Positions 33,749 through 44,482 of a stretch of 64,000 bases of DNA are shown here, one piece after another. The stretch spans positions 3,136,001-3,200,000 of the forward strand of contig CAXXMD010000003.1 of NCBI GenBank assembly GCA_963675755.2. The letters run 5' to 3'. The position numbers and the translations under genes were made by a program. Every line of letters begins with the position of its first letter. Within the stretch, counting starts at the first letter, position 1. The notes under the pieces are model-generated. The model ran no database searches and was not told the origin of the DNA. It saw only the letters and a program-made list of their open reading frames with translations. This stretch comes from a bacterium. Lineage in GTDB: Bacteria > Zhuqueibacterota > Zhuqueibacteria > Residuimicrobiales > Krinioviventaceae.

Positions 33749-36079
33749 TTGATGAAGCATTTTCTCAAGGTAGTATCTCTTGTTATTGGGGGCGTATGTA
33801 TACTTTTATTAATGGGCATTGCTACTTATTGGTTAAAGTATCAAAGCATTGTTAATACTGTACACAGTAATGAAACAGAAAATATTAAGCCAGGTACTCT
33901 TGGTAAATGGGTAAATACATTTATCGGTACGGGTGGATTCCCGGCCTGGGTGTGTGGATACAATTTTCCCGGAGCTACCGTGCCATTTGGCATGGTCCGT
34001 CTCAGTCCCGAAACCTCATCATTTTTTCGAAATACCAGGGGATTAAATACCTCGGGATATTATTATGGTGATAGCAAGATACTTGGTTTCAGCCATACAC
34101 GCCTTGCAGGAACAGGTGCAACTGACGGTGGACATTTCCTTATAACGCCGGTTACATGGAAGCCTGAAGAGATTGATTATACCCGGGATTTTTATTATAC
34201 TTTTTCACATGCTGACGAAACCGCATTTCCCGGTTATTATCGTGTGGCTTTGGATAATAATAATGTTATTGCCGAGTTAACCGCAACAGAGAGAACAGGA
34301 TTACACCGATATACTTTTCCTGATCAGACTAACAAGGGAATTCTTTTAAACATAACCAATACCATTGCGAAAAAACGGGCAGAGAATGGAATCGTAAATA
34401 TTGATACCGAGAGAAATGAGATTTCCGGTTCTGTCAGAACGTTTGGGTCCTTTGCCGGCAGGTATGGCGGCATTAAAGTCTATTTTGTTGCACAGTTTGG
34501 CACGCCTGTAACACATTATGGAATTTGGGATGGAAAGGTTTTTACTCCCGATCTTTCTATTGCCAATAGTGATACCTTGATTGTCTATGCGGGATTCGAT
34601 GAAAATATCAAAAAGGTGAATATCAAGGTTGGTATTTCTCATATAAGTATTGAAAACGCGCGTTTGAATCTGGAAACAGAAGCCGATAGTCTTGCTTTCG
34701 ATGAGGTTTTGCAAAGCGCAATTCAAAAGTGGGAAGAAAAACTCGATCTGATTGAAATTGAAGGCGGCAGCGATAAAGACAAAACGATTTTTTACAGCGC
34801 GCTGTATCGTTGTTTTCAAATGCCAACCATTTTTAATGATGTAAATGGCGAGTATTTCGGATTTGATAAACAGGTGCATCAGGTAACGGATTTTAACTAT
34901 TATACGGATTTATCCCTTTGGGATACGTTTAGAACTCTGCATCCTTTGTATATTTTAATTGCTAACGATTATCAACGGGATATGCTGGTATCGCTGGTGA
35001 AAATGGCTGAACAGGGTGGTGCTCTGCCGCGCTGGCCTTCAGGCAATGGTTATACCGGTTCCATGCTGGGCTCGCCCGCGGATATGGTTGTTGCGGAATC
35101 ATATCTAAAAGGAATTATGGATTTTGATGTAGAGCTTGCTTATGAAAAGATAAAGGCTGTTGCGCTTGCTCCGCGCCCCAAAGGGGCCTCTTATTCAGGC
35201 AGGAGAAGTATTGAAGGATATTTAAAATACGGTTTTTGTCCTGAAGATTTGGGTGAGCGTTCGGTCAGTCGCACGCTTGAATATGCCTGGGCGGATTATG
35301 CTATCAGTCAGTTGGCGGGTGCATTGGGTAACAAGGCGGATTCGGTTCTGTTTGCGGAACATTCCCGTTTCTATAAAAATTTGTGGAATCCCAAAACACA
35401 ATACTTTCAGTCCCGCTATAGTGATGGCAGATTTGTGAAAAAATTTAAACCTTTGCAATTGACCTATACGGACTGGGATGAAGAGTATACCCGCGGTTAC
35501 GTTGAAGGCAGTGCGTTGCAATGGCGCTGGGCAGTACCTTTTGATACAGAAGGGTTAATGTCTCTTTTTAAAAACAGGGATTATTATATATCAGAGCTTG
35601 AACACTTTTTTGAAAAGGCAAATCCGAAACTGGCAACCTGGATACCGGATTCGTATTACTGGCACGGCAACGAACCGGATATTCATGCGGCGTATTTGTT
35701 CAATGATGCCGGCAGACCGGACCTGACACAGAAATGGGTTCGATGGGTTCTGGATAACAAGTATGATGTATCCTATACGGGAATTGACGGCAATGATGAC
35801 GGCGCTACACTTTCGGCGTGGTATATTTTCAGCTCGCTTGGCATTTATCCCATTGCAGGAACCGATATTTACCAGCTTGGGGCCCCATTGTTCAAACATG
35901 CTAAACTCAGGATGGGTGATAATACCCTGACAATCATTGCGGAAAATTACGCTCCTGACAATATCTATGTCAAAGCCGTTTATTTGAATGATAAACATTT
36001 ATCGCAATTCAAAATTAAACATGCGGATATTGCCAATGGCGGGACTTTGCGATTTGTGATGAGTGAAAAGCCAGAGTAA
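33749..36079 (+). CDS. GH92 alpha-mannosidase
   Basis: VNTFIGTG, PGATVPFGMVRLSP, SLWDTFRT, SRTLEYA, HGNEPD, GNDDGATLSAWY. Confidence 0.95.
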   Translation: MMKHFLKVVSLVIGGVCILLLMGIATYWLKYQSIVNTVHSNETENIKPGTLGKWVNTFIGTGGFPAWVCGYNFPGATVPFGMVRLSPETSSFFRNTRGLNTSGYYYGDSKILGFSHTRLAGTGATDGGHFLITPVTWKPEEIDYTRDFYYTFSHADETAFPGYYRVALDNNNVIAELTATERTGLHRYTFPDQTNKGILLNITNTIAKKRAENGIVNIDTERNEISGSVRTFGSFAGRYGGIKVYFVAQFGTPVTHYGIWDGKVFTPDLSIANSDTLIVYAGFDENIKKVNIKVGISHISIENARLNLETEADSLAFDEVLQSAIQKWEEKLDLIEIEGGSDKDKTIFYSALYRCFQMPTIFNDVNGEYFGFDKQVHQVTDFNYYTDLSLWDTFRTLHPLYILIANDYQRDMLVSLVKMAEQGGALPRWPSGNGYTGSMLGSPADMVVAESYLKGIMDFDVELAYEKIKAVALAPRPKGASYSGRRSIEGYLKYGFCPEDLGERSVSRTLEYAWADYAISQLAGALGNKADSVLFAEHSRFYKNLWNPKTQYFQSRYSDGRFVKKFKPLQLTYTDWDEEYTRGYVEGSALQWRWAVPFDTEGLMSLFKNRDYYISELEHFFEKANPKLATWIPDSYYWHGNEPDIHAAYLFNDAGRPDLTQKWVRWVLDNKYDVSYTGIDGNDDGATLSAWYIFSSLGIYPIAGTDIYQLGAPLFKHAKLRMGDNTLTIIAENYAPDNIYVKAVYLNDKHLSQFKIKHADIANGGTLRFVMSEKPE

Positions 36080-36131
36080 TGAATGGATCTGTATGGATCT
36101 ATGATTTTATCAATACTAAATCTACATCTTT

Positions 36132-37415
36132 TCAGTTTTTGAAATACTGTGCCATTCCTGCTAATGGCAATGCTTCGTCCCCACGGGCTTTGAATTGACT
36201 GGTTCCAAATTGTGACTGTTCAAACATGGCATTGATGATAATATTAATCGCCTGGTCAATATTGTTAACATTAATATCCATTTCTTTTGCCGATACCAGT
36301 ATTGGCAAAGCATTGATTGTAGAGTATCCGTTCTTAGTGATCTCTGTTACCAGATTTTGCAGGGAAATTTCCAATCCGTGATCTAGTGGTTCATAAAAAG
36401 CATGCTCTTTGGGCAATACCTGATATAATGCCAGCATACTCCTAACCAGAATGACATGATAGCTTGTGCTGGCGTTGTGTGGGTCAACCCACCTGCCATT
36501 CTCCATTAGACCCGGTAAAACTCCCAGTTTGCATTTTTGTATTGAATGATTGAGCCAGGTTTCATTTTGAGTAACTGCATAGTATCTTGCCAATAACCAG
36601 ACAGAAAACGCGTTATAGTTCCAGTTTTTAACCAGATTTATATTATTACAATAATCGGCGGCTTTTTGAGCGGCATCAAGATACTTTTTATCAAGAGTTG
36701 TTTTATAGGCGTCTAACAATGCTACCCCACAAACACCTGTATCGAACAGGGTACCTCCGCTGCCATCATCCTGTATTACCCGGTTATTTGCAAAGGCATT
36801 GGGATTACGTTCATAGAGACGTTCCAGTGTTGGACTGAATTTTTCACTTTTGCCTCGCAGGTCCGGGAACGGAAACATGCCCGAATCTAACTGCTGTCCA
36901 CACAAATAACCTGCGCTTTCAACAAGTAATGACTCTATATGTACTTTATTGCTGATTGAAAAGTCAAGCATTTCTGAAATGCCGCTAACCAGATAGCCGT
37001 TAAATCGCAGCATGGGAGGGACATCCTGAGGGTAATTTGGGGGGATCCATTCGCCATTACCATGATACATGTGTTTTTCGATAAAATTTAGATACTGGTC
37101 AAAATATTCAAGAGCCTCAGACAACGTATGGATTTGTTGATGGGTAGCCGGCATATAATACCGGGGTTCAGTTTCCGGTTTTCCTGCCCATTCTCCCAAT
37201 TCTGCTTTTAATTTTTGTACGAGAACCAGTATTTGTTGTTCATCTTGCTTTGCAAGTGCAAGACTGAGCTCATTTGCTATGGGTTGTACCTGTTTCATAA
37301 CCGATTTGGGATCACGAACAGAGTCAGTCTTGCTCTCAGCCAGATCTTTGCTGATTGCCTCTACTCCTGCTCCATATAAAAGACAGAGCAGTATCCAAAA
37401 GACTTTTATTTTCAT
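36132..37415 (-). CDS. Secreted hypothetical protein, probable (alpha/alpha) barrel
   Basis: Signal peptide; helical repeats such as AYKTTLDKKYLDAAQKAADY and NWNYNAFSVWLL. Confidence 0.65.
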   Translation of the reverse strand: MKIKVFWILLCLLYGAGVEAISKDLAESKTDSVRDPKSVMKQVQPIANELSLALAKQDEQQILVLVQKLKAELGEWAGKPETEPRYYMPATHQQIHTLSEALEYFDQYLNFIEKHMYHGNGEWIPPNYPQDVPPMLRFNGYLVSGISEMLDFSISNKVHIESLLVESAGYLCGQQLDSGMFPFPDLRGKSEKFSPTLERLYERNPNAFANNRVIQDDGSGGTLFDTGVCGVALLDAYKTTLDKKYLDAAQKAADYCNNINLVKNWNYNAFSVWLLARYYAVTQNETWLNHSIQKCKLGVLPGLMENGRWVDPHNASTSYHVILVRSMLALYQVLPKEHAFYEPLDHGLEISLQNLVTEITKNGYSTINALPILVSAKEMDINVNNIDQAINIIINAMFEQSQFGTSQFKARGDEALPLAGMAQYFKN

Positions 37416-37436
37416 TTTTAACCAGCTTGAATATTT

Positions 37437-40400
37437 TTAATTAAATTTTGTCAACCTTACCGGTCCCAATAAACCCGATTCAAACAGGGGTGAGTCTTTT
37501 TTATAATACCGTTTTGTGGTAAAGGTATATCTGCCGCTGGTGCGGGGTTTGCCTTCTAACAGCCATTTCGGCCATTGCCCATCTTTGATTCCGTCATCGG
37601 GGAGAAATTCATCTCCAATCAATCGGTTGGGCCAGAGATTGGCAATCTCGATCTTGAGGTGATTATCTTTATCTTTGACCGCACCGGAAATATCTACTCG
37701 CCAGGGATGTGTCCAGACAATACCCAGATCCTGATCGTTCAGAATGACATGTGCCAGGTTGCAGACCTTGCCAAGCTCCAGGAACAGGCCATCCTCAATA
37801 GAAAGATCGTTGGGTAAATCAAAGGTTTTGTTATAAACCGCAATTCCCGAATAGTATTTCACTCCTTTATTGGGATGTTTAGACCAGTCCGATAATTCAT
37901 CAAATTGTATGGATTCCGGGCCGCCCCATTTGGGATCAAACTCTACCTGCCAGGGACCTGTAATTTTAGCTATGTTTTGGAATTGTTTGAAATTGGAATC
38001 CTTTGATGTTTTCTCTGTTTTTTTATCTTGATCAAAGACTATGAAATAACTGCTATGAGGCTCAAATTGCAACGGGATTGTGGTATGCTCTCCGTTAATC
38101 GTATAATCTGTTAACGACCAGGTCACACCGGTGAGCGGGTCCCACAATTCAGGCGAGCCTTTTGTTGAGCGGAACCGGCAATCGGTTTGTACAAGCGCGT
38201 CTTCTCGATTGGATACAAAATAGACATCGAGTTCTGACGTTTGACGATGCGTATAGCGGATTGGGCCGTCGCTTTCAAAATCAGGTGTAACTGCCAGTTC
38301 TTCCAGTATTGTGGCAGTAATTTCAAAAGCAGGGAACAGGGATGCATCCATGGGGTTGAGTGCACTGCCGGATATGATCTTGCCCTTGCCGTATTGCCGC
38401 TCAATCAGTCCGTCGGGTAGATCAAATCCGCCCCACATGGCCTCTGCCAGTGAATGTACATTTTTATCACATTGGGGATAATCGACCAGACTTGGGGATT
38501 TTAACGGTGGCGGACCGGCAATTACGGCTCCATCCCAAACCAGTCTTTCCAGCTTGTGCAACAATTCCGGAGTCATGGTTTGAAGGTTGGGTAACACCAG
38601 CAGCGCATAAGAGGCGCCACCTGGGAAAACGATTCTGTGGTTCTTGACTTTTGCTTTTGCTATCAACTGCAGGGGAGAGCAGGTGTCAAAATTATAGGAC
38701 TTGCGGTCCGGCAGGGTATCACATCCTGCCAGTGCGGATTGGGGAGGTACAAACACATTCGGAGCACCTTCAGGAGTGAGGTACAGAATATCCGCAACCG
38801 TATTGCCCTGTCGCAGTAAATGCGAACAACGCGAAATATATTTGTGATAAGCGGAAACCATGGGCCACCAGGTTTGTCCACGGTCCCAGTGAACGCCATA
38901 GGGCCCCATGCACATTCCCGGACGGTATTGTTCGCCCAAGGGTTTGTGAGCAAAAGTGTGATACACAAACTTGTTAATACCCATACAGAGCGCCCAATCA
39001 CCCTGATTTTTCAATACTCCGGGATACAGCTTCCAGGCTTCATCACCACCAGCGGTAAAGGCCTCTGCCGCAACCACCGGTAAACCGTTTATATGCGCAA
39101 TGGATGAAGATTCGAAGCAGCTATAGGTTGTGTTGAAGCCATATCCCTTGCTCCAGAATTCACACATGGGCACATCCGCGTAATCGCCCATATCCAGATC
39201 AGAGGTGGGATTCATATCATACGGCTCAATGGACAGACCCAGTCCGTAACGCTCTCCCAGGTTTTTGATATGATTAACATGGTTTTCAAGCACCAGCTCT
39301 TGCGCTGTCAGACGAACATCCCATAAAAAGCGTTCGGTCTTTTCGCGGCTGTTAACAATATAACCTAGATATGTGGGTAAATAGGGGACAAGAGAATATC
39401 CGCGGCGCTTGAGAAACTCGCTGCGGAAAGTATCTGTCCAGTTTTGCGCGCCCATTTCCCAACTGTCCATGTGTAGCATGGTAAGACCCGCGTTTTTGGC
39501 AAGCGGTGCACAGCGTTTCAGCAGTTTGCCTACGTATTGATCAAAATGCGCGTTGAATGCGGTGGTGTCAAACTTGTCGCATTCGAATCCGAGTCCGGGA
39601 GCTGGAGCGGGACGTGTAACCGCACCGTTGTTACGCATACCAAAACGCAGAATTGTCATGTCACCGGCCAGGCTTTTATCAAGGCTGCCATCGGGTTGCA
39701 GATATTGAGTCAGGTTTTCAAAATTGTTAGAAATAATGATTGAATCCGTCGAGGGTTCATAATATTCTGGTTGTGAAGGCAGCCAGGGCTTTACATTGGG
39801 ACGCGAACTGTATGGAGCGCGGTAATAGAGCGCTTTTTCATCACTGTCCTGTAAGCGGAGTGGTCCACTTGAGCTACGATAACCCAGTACAAGAACATCC
39901 TCGTAATAGTCGTTCCATTTTTCTTTCAAAGTGGGGGACAATGCCCTTTCGCCAAAATAGGGGCGCCGTGGTTCGGGCACAGGTAACATTAAATTGTCAT
40001 GTATTCCGCGATTGTCAAGCTCGGTAACAGAAGCAACCAGATGGCGCATGGACTGTTCAGGTTTTACCCAGGGGCCGCCGCTGCCGCTCCATCCGGGTCC
40101 TACCCCCAGAGTGATCTCGATACCCAGCCGTTCCGCTTCTCGCACCAAGTGCACAAACAGATCCTGCCATTCCTCGCTGAGCATATCTACCGGGCCGCGC
40201 GGAACACCCACGTTGACTTCGAGGAAAACCACATTGCCAATACCCGCGGCTTTCATGGATTCCAGATCGGCAGTCATTTCCTCACGGGAATAGTTGCCGT
40301 CCATAAAGTACCAGTACACGCCGGGTCGCGCATTGTCGGGAGGATTGGCGAATTCCTGTTTCAGTTGTGATGTGGTAACAGACTGTGAAGGGTTACATCC

Positions 40401-40481
40401 GGTTGTGAATAAAATAAACAGGATTAACAAGATACTGCAAAAAACGGATTTTACTATCAGCGTAGTGTTTTTCATGATCAT
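37437..40481 (-). CDS. GH106-like alpha-L-rhamnosidase (lipoprotein)
   Basis: ARPGVYWYFMDGN, GWSGSGGPW, HMDSWEMG, VPMCEFW, AAEAFT, SGLLGPV; lipobox TTGC. Confidence 0.9.
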   Translation of the reverse strand: MIMKNTTLIVKSVFCSILLILFILFTTGCNPSQSVTTSQLKQEFANPPDNARPGVYWYFMDGNYSREEMTADLESMKAAGIGNVVFLEVNVGVPRGPVDMLSEEWQDLFVHLVREAERLGIEITLGVGPGWSGSGGPWVKPEQSMRHLVASVTELDNRGIHDNLMLPVPEPRRPYFGERALSPTLKEKWNDYYEDVLVLGYRSSSGPLRLQDSDEKALYYRAPYSSRPNVKPWLPSQPEYYEPSTDSIIISNNFENLTQYLQPDGSLDKSLAGDMTILRFGMRNNGAVTRPAPAPGLGFECDKFDTTAFNAHFDQYVGKLLKRCAPLAKNAGLTMLHMDSWEMGAQNWTDTFRSEFLKRRGYSLVPYLPTYLGYIVNSREKTERFLWDVRLTAQELVLENHVNHIKNLGERYGLGLSIEPYDMNPTSDLDMGDYADVPMCEFWSKGYGFNTTYSCFESSSIAHINGLPVVAAEAFTAGGDEAWKLYPGVLKNQGDWALCMGINKFVYHTFAHKPLGEQYRPGMCMGPYGVHWDRGQTWWPMVSAYHKYISRCSHLLRQGNTVADILYLTPEGAPNVFVPPQSALAGCDTLPDRKSYNFDTCSPLQLIAKAKVKNHRIVFPGGASYALLVLPNLQTMTPELLHKLERLVWDGAVIAGPPPLKSPSLVDYPQCDKNVHSLAEAMWGGFDLPDGLIERQYGKGKIISGSALNPMDASLFPAFEITATILEELAVTPDFESDGPIRYTHRQTSELDVYFVSNREDALVQTDCRFRSTKGSPELWDPLTGVTWSLTDYTINGEHTTIPLQFEPHSSYFIVFDQDKKTEKTSKDSNFKQFQNIAKITGPWQVEFDPKWGGPESIQFDELSDWSKHPNKGVKYYSGIAVYNKTFDLPNDLSIEDGLFLELGKVCNLAHVILNDQDLGIVWTHPWRVDISGAVKDKDNHLKIEIANLWPNRLIGDEFLPDDGIKDGQWPKWLLEGKPRTSGRYTFTTKRYYKKDSPLFESGLLGPVRLTKFN

Positions 40482-40597
40482 CCCTGGTTTTGATGTTTTT
40501 TGAATATATTAATAAATTAAATGCTTTACCATATCTTTTCATATATTTTTTTTGTAGTTTTTTATAATAGAATGATACTAATAAAATAAAAACAGAT

Positions 40598-41095
40598 ATG
40601 AAAAAGAAAACGGGCAACGGTCAATTTATTGATTTGGTGCTTGAAAATCAGAATATTATTCACAAAATCTGTGGTGTTTATTGTTATAATCACCAGGACC
40701 GTCAGGATTTATACCAGGAAATCGTTTTACAGATATATAAATCATTTGACCGTTTTCGTGGTGAATCCAGTTTCAGTACATGGATGTACCGGATTGCGTT
40801 AAATACAGCGATTACACAACGACGCAAACGTAACAGACTTGAACAATTGCATGATTTTACGGATTTGGATCTGTTACAAGCCAATATGGAGCCCAATCTG
40901 GATGAAGAAGTGAAACTGCTTTATCTCTCAATTCAAAAGTTGAAAAAAACGGACAGGGCAATAATCCTGTTGTGGTTGGAGGAAAAAAGTTATCAGGATA
41001 TTTCAGATATTACCGGGCTGACTGTAAAAAATATCAGTGTAAAACTGGTCCGTATCAAAAGAGAACTGACTGAAATTATTAATAAATTACAGTGA
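40598..41095 (+). CDS. ECF RNA polymerase sigma factor
   Basis: QDLYQEI, FSTWMYRIALNTA, SYQDISDITG. Confidence 0.92.
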   Translation: MKKKTGNGQFIDLVLENQNIIHKICGVYCYNHQDRQDLYQEIVLQIYKSFDRFRGESSFSTWMYRIALNTAITQRRKRNRLEQLHDFTDLDLLQANMEPNLDEEVKLLYLSIQKLKKTDRAIILLWLEEKSYQDISDITGLTVKNISVKLVRIKRELTEIINKLQ

Positions 41096-41099
41096 AATT

Positions 41100-41822
41100 A
41101 TGAAGAATTTAGACAATATAAAAACTGCCTGGCAGCAACATAATCACCAAACCATTAACCCATCATTAACTGAAAGGGATATCATGTTATATATAGAACA
41201 ACAATCCTCGGATATCAGTACCCTGTTCCGCAAGGGATTGATTACCGATGTGATAATCAAATCGGTTCTATTGATCTCTTTTATGGGATTAATAAAAATT
41301 TACCAGAATCAGGTACCGGTTATGGGAATCAGTATTGCTTTGCTTGTTTTTTCTTTGCTGCTGCTGGCCATACAGTATGTGTTTTACCGTCAGGTGGCAG
41401 GTATTGAAGATCCATTGCAGGATACCCGAACTTTGCTGAAAAACAAGATCGATTATTTTTACAAGAAATATACCCGTGCTATTGTAATAGCTGCATTAAC
41501 CAATCCTTTGCTGGTTTTGTCCGGATTTCTTTACTACTTTTATCTGAAATATGGCTCAGTACGGCCGTTAGACACAATTGATATTATGGTGTTTGGCAGT
41601 GCGATTGCGTTAAGCTTTGTAATTTCGGTAGCGGCCCAGTTTTATCAGTACCGCTTTCATGTTAAACAGCTCGAAGAAAGTCTGGAGGAGCTTGAGCAGG
41701 ACACTATAGATGAACAGATGATACAAACATGGAAGCAGAAACGTGTTCGCCTGGTTTTGTTTGCAGTGCTGGCACTAGTACTGGGATTGATGATCTTTGC
41801 ATACATTGTTATTTTACAATAA
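41100..41822 (+). CDS. Multi-TM membrane protein, probable anti-sigma factor
   Basis: Starts 4 bp after the ECF gene; IKTAWQ N-terminus; 5 TMs. Confidence 0.7.
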   Translation: MKNLDNIKTAWQQHNHQTINPSLTERDIMLYIEQQSSDISTLFRKGLITDVIIKSVLLISFMGLIKIYQNQVPVMGISIALLVFSLLLLAIQYVFYRQVAGIEDPLQDTRTLLKNKIDYFYKKYTRAIVIAALTNPLLVLSGFLYYFYLKYGSVRPLDTIDIMVFGSAIALSFVISVAAQFYQYRFHVKQLEESLEELEQDTIDEQMIQTWKQKRVRLVLFAVLALVLGLMIFAYIVILQ

Positions 41823-41955
41823 ATTAAAGCAGTGCTTGATCGAGATACATATTCATGTATCGAGAGATATTGGATTGGGGACATTTGTCCCAAAGCAGGT
41901 GATAAAGACTGTTGGTTTCTTGAGGATTGCAGCATTGATCAATGTTTGTGGAAAT

Positions 41956-41982
41956 GGTTACAAGGCAGAGCCTTGTAACCAG
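41956..41982. repeat. REP-like palindrome, copy 1
   Basis: GGTTACAAGGC-AGA-GCCTTGTAACC-AG. Confidence 0.9.
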
Positions 41983-42301
41983 AATTGATACCTTGTTCTT
42001 TGATACCAGGATGATAAGCTTAATTCAATGAATTGCCCGGCACCTCGAAGGTGCGGGGGGAAATATACACCAATGGGAGGTACATTCGTCCCATTGCAGG
42101 TTATCATGTGTGTTGGGTTCTTTTGAGCTGTAACACAACCCTTTATATTTATTGGGAACATGCAAAAAGACAGAACCTTGTAAATAGTTAATATTGGGAC
42201 AATGTCTTTAATAATCCGTTAAATTACTTTTGGATTTAAAAATATAAATATTAATTTAAAAAAGTTAATATTTATATAAATCGGGAAAAAGGAGGGTAGT
42301 T

Positions 42302-43150
42302 ATGAAACTGGGAATTCACGCCTATGCATGGTGCTCGCAATGGACAAATGACGAACTGTATTTGATCGATAAAGTTAAAGAAATGGGACTGGATTTTATA
42401 GAGATCCCACTGATGTGTCTTGACACTTTTGACGCGGATGCCATAAAGGAGCGATTAAAATCCGTTGGATTGGGTGCGGTAACCTCTACCGTGTTGCTTG
42501 GAGATACGGATATAACCAGCGAAGATCCGGAGATCCGCAAAAAAGGTGAAGCGTATCTCAATGATTGTGTAAAAGCAACGCATGCCATTGGCGCCACCAG
42601 TTTTTCAGGGGTAATCTATTCACAGCATGTAAAATCGCTCAAACAGCGCCCGGATGAACGGCACTGGCAGTATTCGGCGGACAGCTTGCGTGGTGTTGCA
42701 CAGCTTGCTCTGGATATGGGTGTGCAAATTGGATTAGAGCCTGTAAACCGTTATGAAACATTTCTGGTGAATACCTGCGAACAGGCACTGTATCTCAAGG
42801 AAATGATCGGAGTAGAAAGTGTCAAGATCCATCTGGATACCTATCACATGAATATTGAAGAAAAGAGTTTTTATACGGCTACAAAACTGGCGGGTGATGA
42901 TCTGATCCATTATCATTTGTGTGAAAATGACCGGGGCATACCCGGTACCGGTCTTGTAGACTGGGACGGTATTTTTAAAGCGCTGTCTGAAATGAATTAC
43001 AAAGGTAACGCGGCTTTGGAAAGTTTTGTGGATTGTACGGACAATATGAATACCTGGGTTTGGCGTCAGCTTGCACCCAATGGCGACACGCTTTTAAAAG
43101 AAGGCGTTGCTTTTATTCAGCAAAAGCAAAAAGAATATGGATTGGTATAA
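42302..43150 (+). CDS. Sugar isomerase/epimerase, D-psicose/D-tagatose 3-epimerase family
   Basis: LEPVNRYE, HLDTYHMNIEE, HLCENDRG and LESF metal-binding motifs. Confidence 0.88.
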   Translation: MKLGIHAYAWCSQWTNDELYLIDKVKEMGLDFIEIPLMCLDTFDADAIKERLKSVGLGAVTSTVLLGDTDITSEDPEIRKKGEAYLNDCVKATHAIGATSFSGVIYSQHVKSLKQRPDERHWQYSADSLRGVAQLALDMGVQIGLEPVNRYETFLVNTCEQALYLKEMIGVESVKIHLDTYHMNIEEKSFYTATKLAGDDLIHYHLCENDRGIPGTGLVDWDGIFKALSEMNYKGNAALESFVDCTDNMNTWVWRQLAPNGDTLLKEGVAFIQQKQKEYGLV

Positions 43151-43176
43151 ACCAGGATAGAGATGTTAAATTTTAA

Positions 43177-43203
43177 GGTTACAAGGCAGAGCCTTGTAAC
43201 CAG
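43177..43203. repeat. REP-like palindrome, copy 2
   Basis: GGTTACAAGGCAGAGCCTTGTAACCAG. Confidence 0.9.
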
Positions 43204-43383
43204 TAAGTGAGGGTGGAATCTTGTAGTCAGTAAGGGGGTTAGAGTTTTGTATTATGACAAATCGGACAGCTTCCCCCTTGAACCGTAACCGGAGCCTGAG
43301 TTTGATTGCATTCGCTAAAGGAGAATGCAATCGAGTATCGAAGGCCCGGTTTTAATCTTGTAATGATTTGATAGATTGGAAGA

Positions 43384-43462
43384 GGTTACAAGGCAGAGCC
43401 TTGTAACCAGTAAGAGGCAGAGCCTTGTAACCAGTAAGAGGCAGAGCCTTGTAACCAATAAA
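43384..43462. repeat. REP-like palindrome, copy 3, with tandem 24-bp amplification
   Basis: Full palindrome at 43384-43410. The unit AGGCAGAGCCTTGTAACCAGTAAG occurs at 43391, 43415 and, imperfectly, 43439. Confidence 0.9.
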
Positions 43463-43473
43463 GAATTACATTA

Positions 43474-44352
43474 TTAATGCTGATGAAAAGCGTCCGAGAC
43501 GAATTTCAATACCTGGGGCAGGGATTCCCGCCAATACGTCCAATTATGGGCGCCGTCACGGATGCGGAATTCGTGCGGAATTTCCCGCTCGCGCATGGTG
43601 ATGTGGATGAGCGAATTGCCTTCATAGAGAAAATCGTCATCGCCACAGTCAATATACCAGCGCACGGATTTTAAACTGTCCATCGGCATGTTGGCCATCA
43701 TATATACTGAACTGTATTTCTGGTAATAAGCCTCAAGCTCTTTGTCGCTGTATTTACGATTTTTGTCCTGAGAATAGCGTTCAAGACGATCTTTAAGGTT
43801 CTCTACACTGGATGGCCCGGTTGCCGCGCTTAGCGGACAGGCAGATGAGAATAATTCAGGATGATGGAGCGCATAGGTAAACGTTCCATGTCCGCCCATG
43901 GAGAGACCTGCAACGGCACGGTAGCGTTTTTTTGCCTTGATGCGCCAGTTTGCTTCTACATAGGGCAAGAGTTCCTGAAAAAAGAAATCTTCATAGCGCC
44001 ACTCTCCCGAAAGGTCGTTGACGTATCCGCGCCTGCCGGTATCGGCATCGGGCATGACAATGATCATGGGCGTTGCGGTTCCGTCTTTGATAGCATTATC
44101 TGCAATGCGCAATACTTCGCCAAACTGGATCCACCCGGTCTGGTCATCACCTGAGCCATGCAGCAAGTAGAGCACAGGATACGAACGCTGTGAGGTTTCA
44201 TAATCCGGGGGGAGATAGATGGCAAACTTGCGCTCCATGTTCAGGATCATACTGTTCATAGACAGTTCGTCAAACACCTGACCGGTTTGTGCGGGAAGAA
44301 CCAGAGGGACCAGAATGAATATAGCAAGAACATAGATAAGGTTTCTATTCAT
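43474..44352 (-). CDS. Secreted esterase (alpha/beta hydrolase, CE1/enterochelin-esterase-like)
   Basis: IYLPPDY, YPVLYLLHG, GLSMGG, DCGDDD, GAHNW.YW. Confidence 0.9.
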   Translation of the reverse strand: MNRNLIYVLAIFILVPLVLPAQTGQVFDELSMNSMILNMERKFAIYLPPDYETSQRSYPVLYLLHGSGDDQTGWIQFGEVLRIADNAIKDGTATPMIIVMPDADTGRRGYVNDLSGEWRYEDFFFQELLPYVEANWRIKAKKRYRAVAGLSMGGHGTFTYALHHPELFSSACPLSAATGPSSVENLKDRLERYSQDKNRKYSDKELEAYYQKYSSVYMMANMPMDSLKSVRWYIDCGDDDFLYEGNSLIHITMREREIPHEFRIRDGAHNWTYWRESLPQVLKFVSDAFHQH

Positions 44353-44444
44353 ATCGCAATTCCTTTATTATTGTGAAATACAGGTATGAAATAGTATAGT
44401 TTATATGGGGGATAAAATCAATAAAAATTGTGTGGGGTTTAAAG

Positions 44445-44477
44445 AAATAAAAAAAATCCCCGCCAGGGCGGGGATTT
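44445..44477 (-). terminator. Intrinsic terminator
   Basis: AAATCCCCGC-loop-GCGGGGATTT, with an A-run on + (U-run on -) just past the 44483 stop. Confidence 0.8.
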
Positions 44478-44482
44478 GAAAT

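Noticed and set aside
41958-42161. 67-aa minus-strand ORF
   Set aside because: It has no RBS or recognisable motif and ends inside a REP palindrome.
43384-43462. CRISPR array
   Set aside because: The 24-bp units are head-to-tail with no unique spacers, and there are no cas genes in the window.
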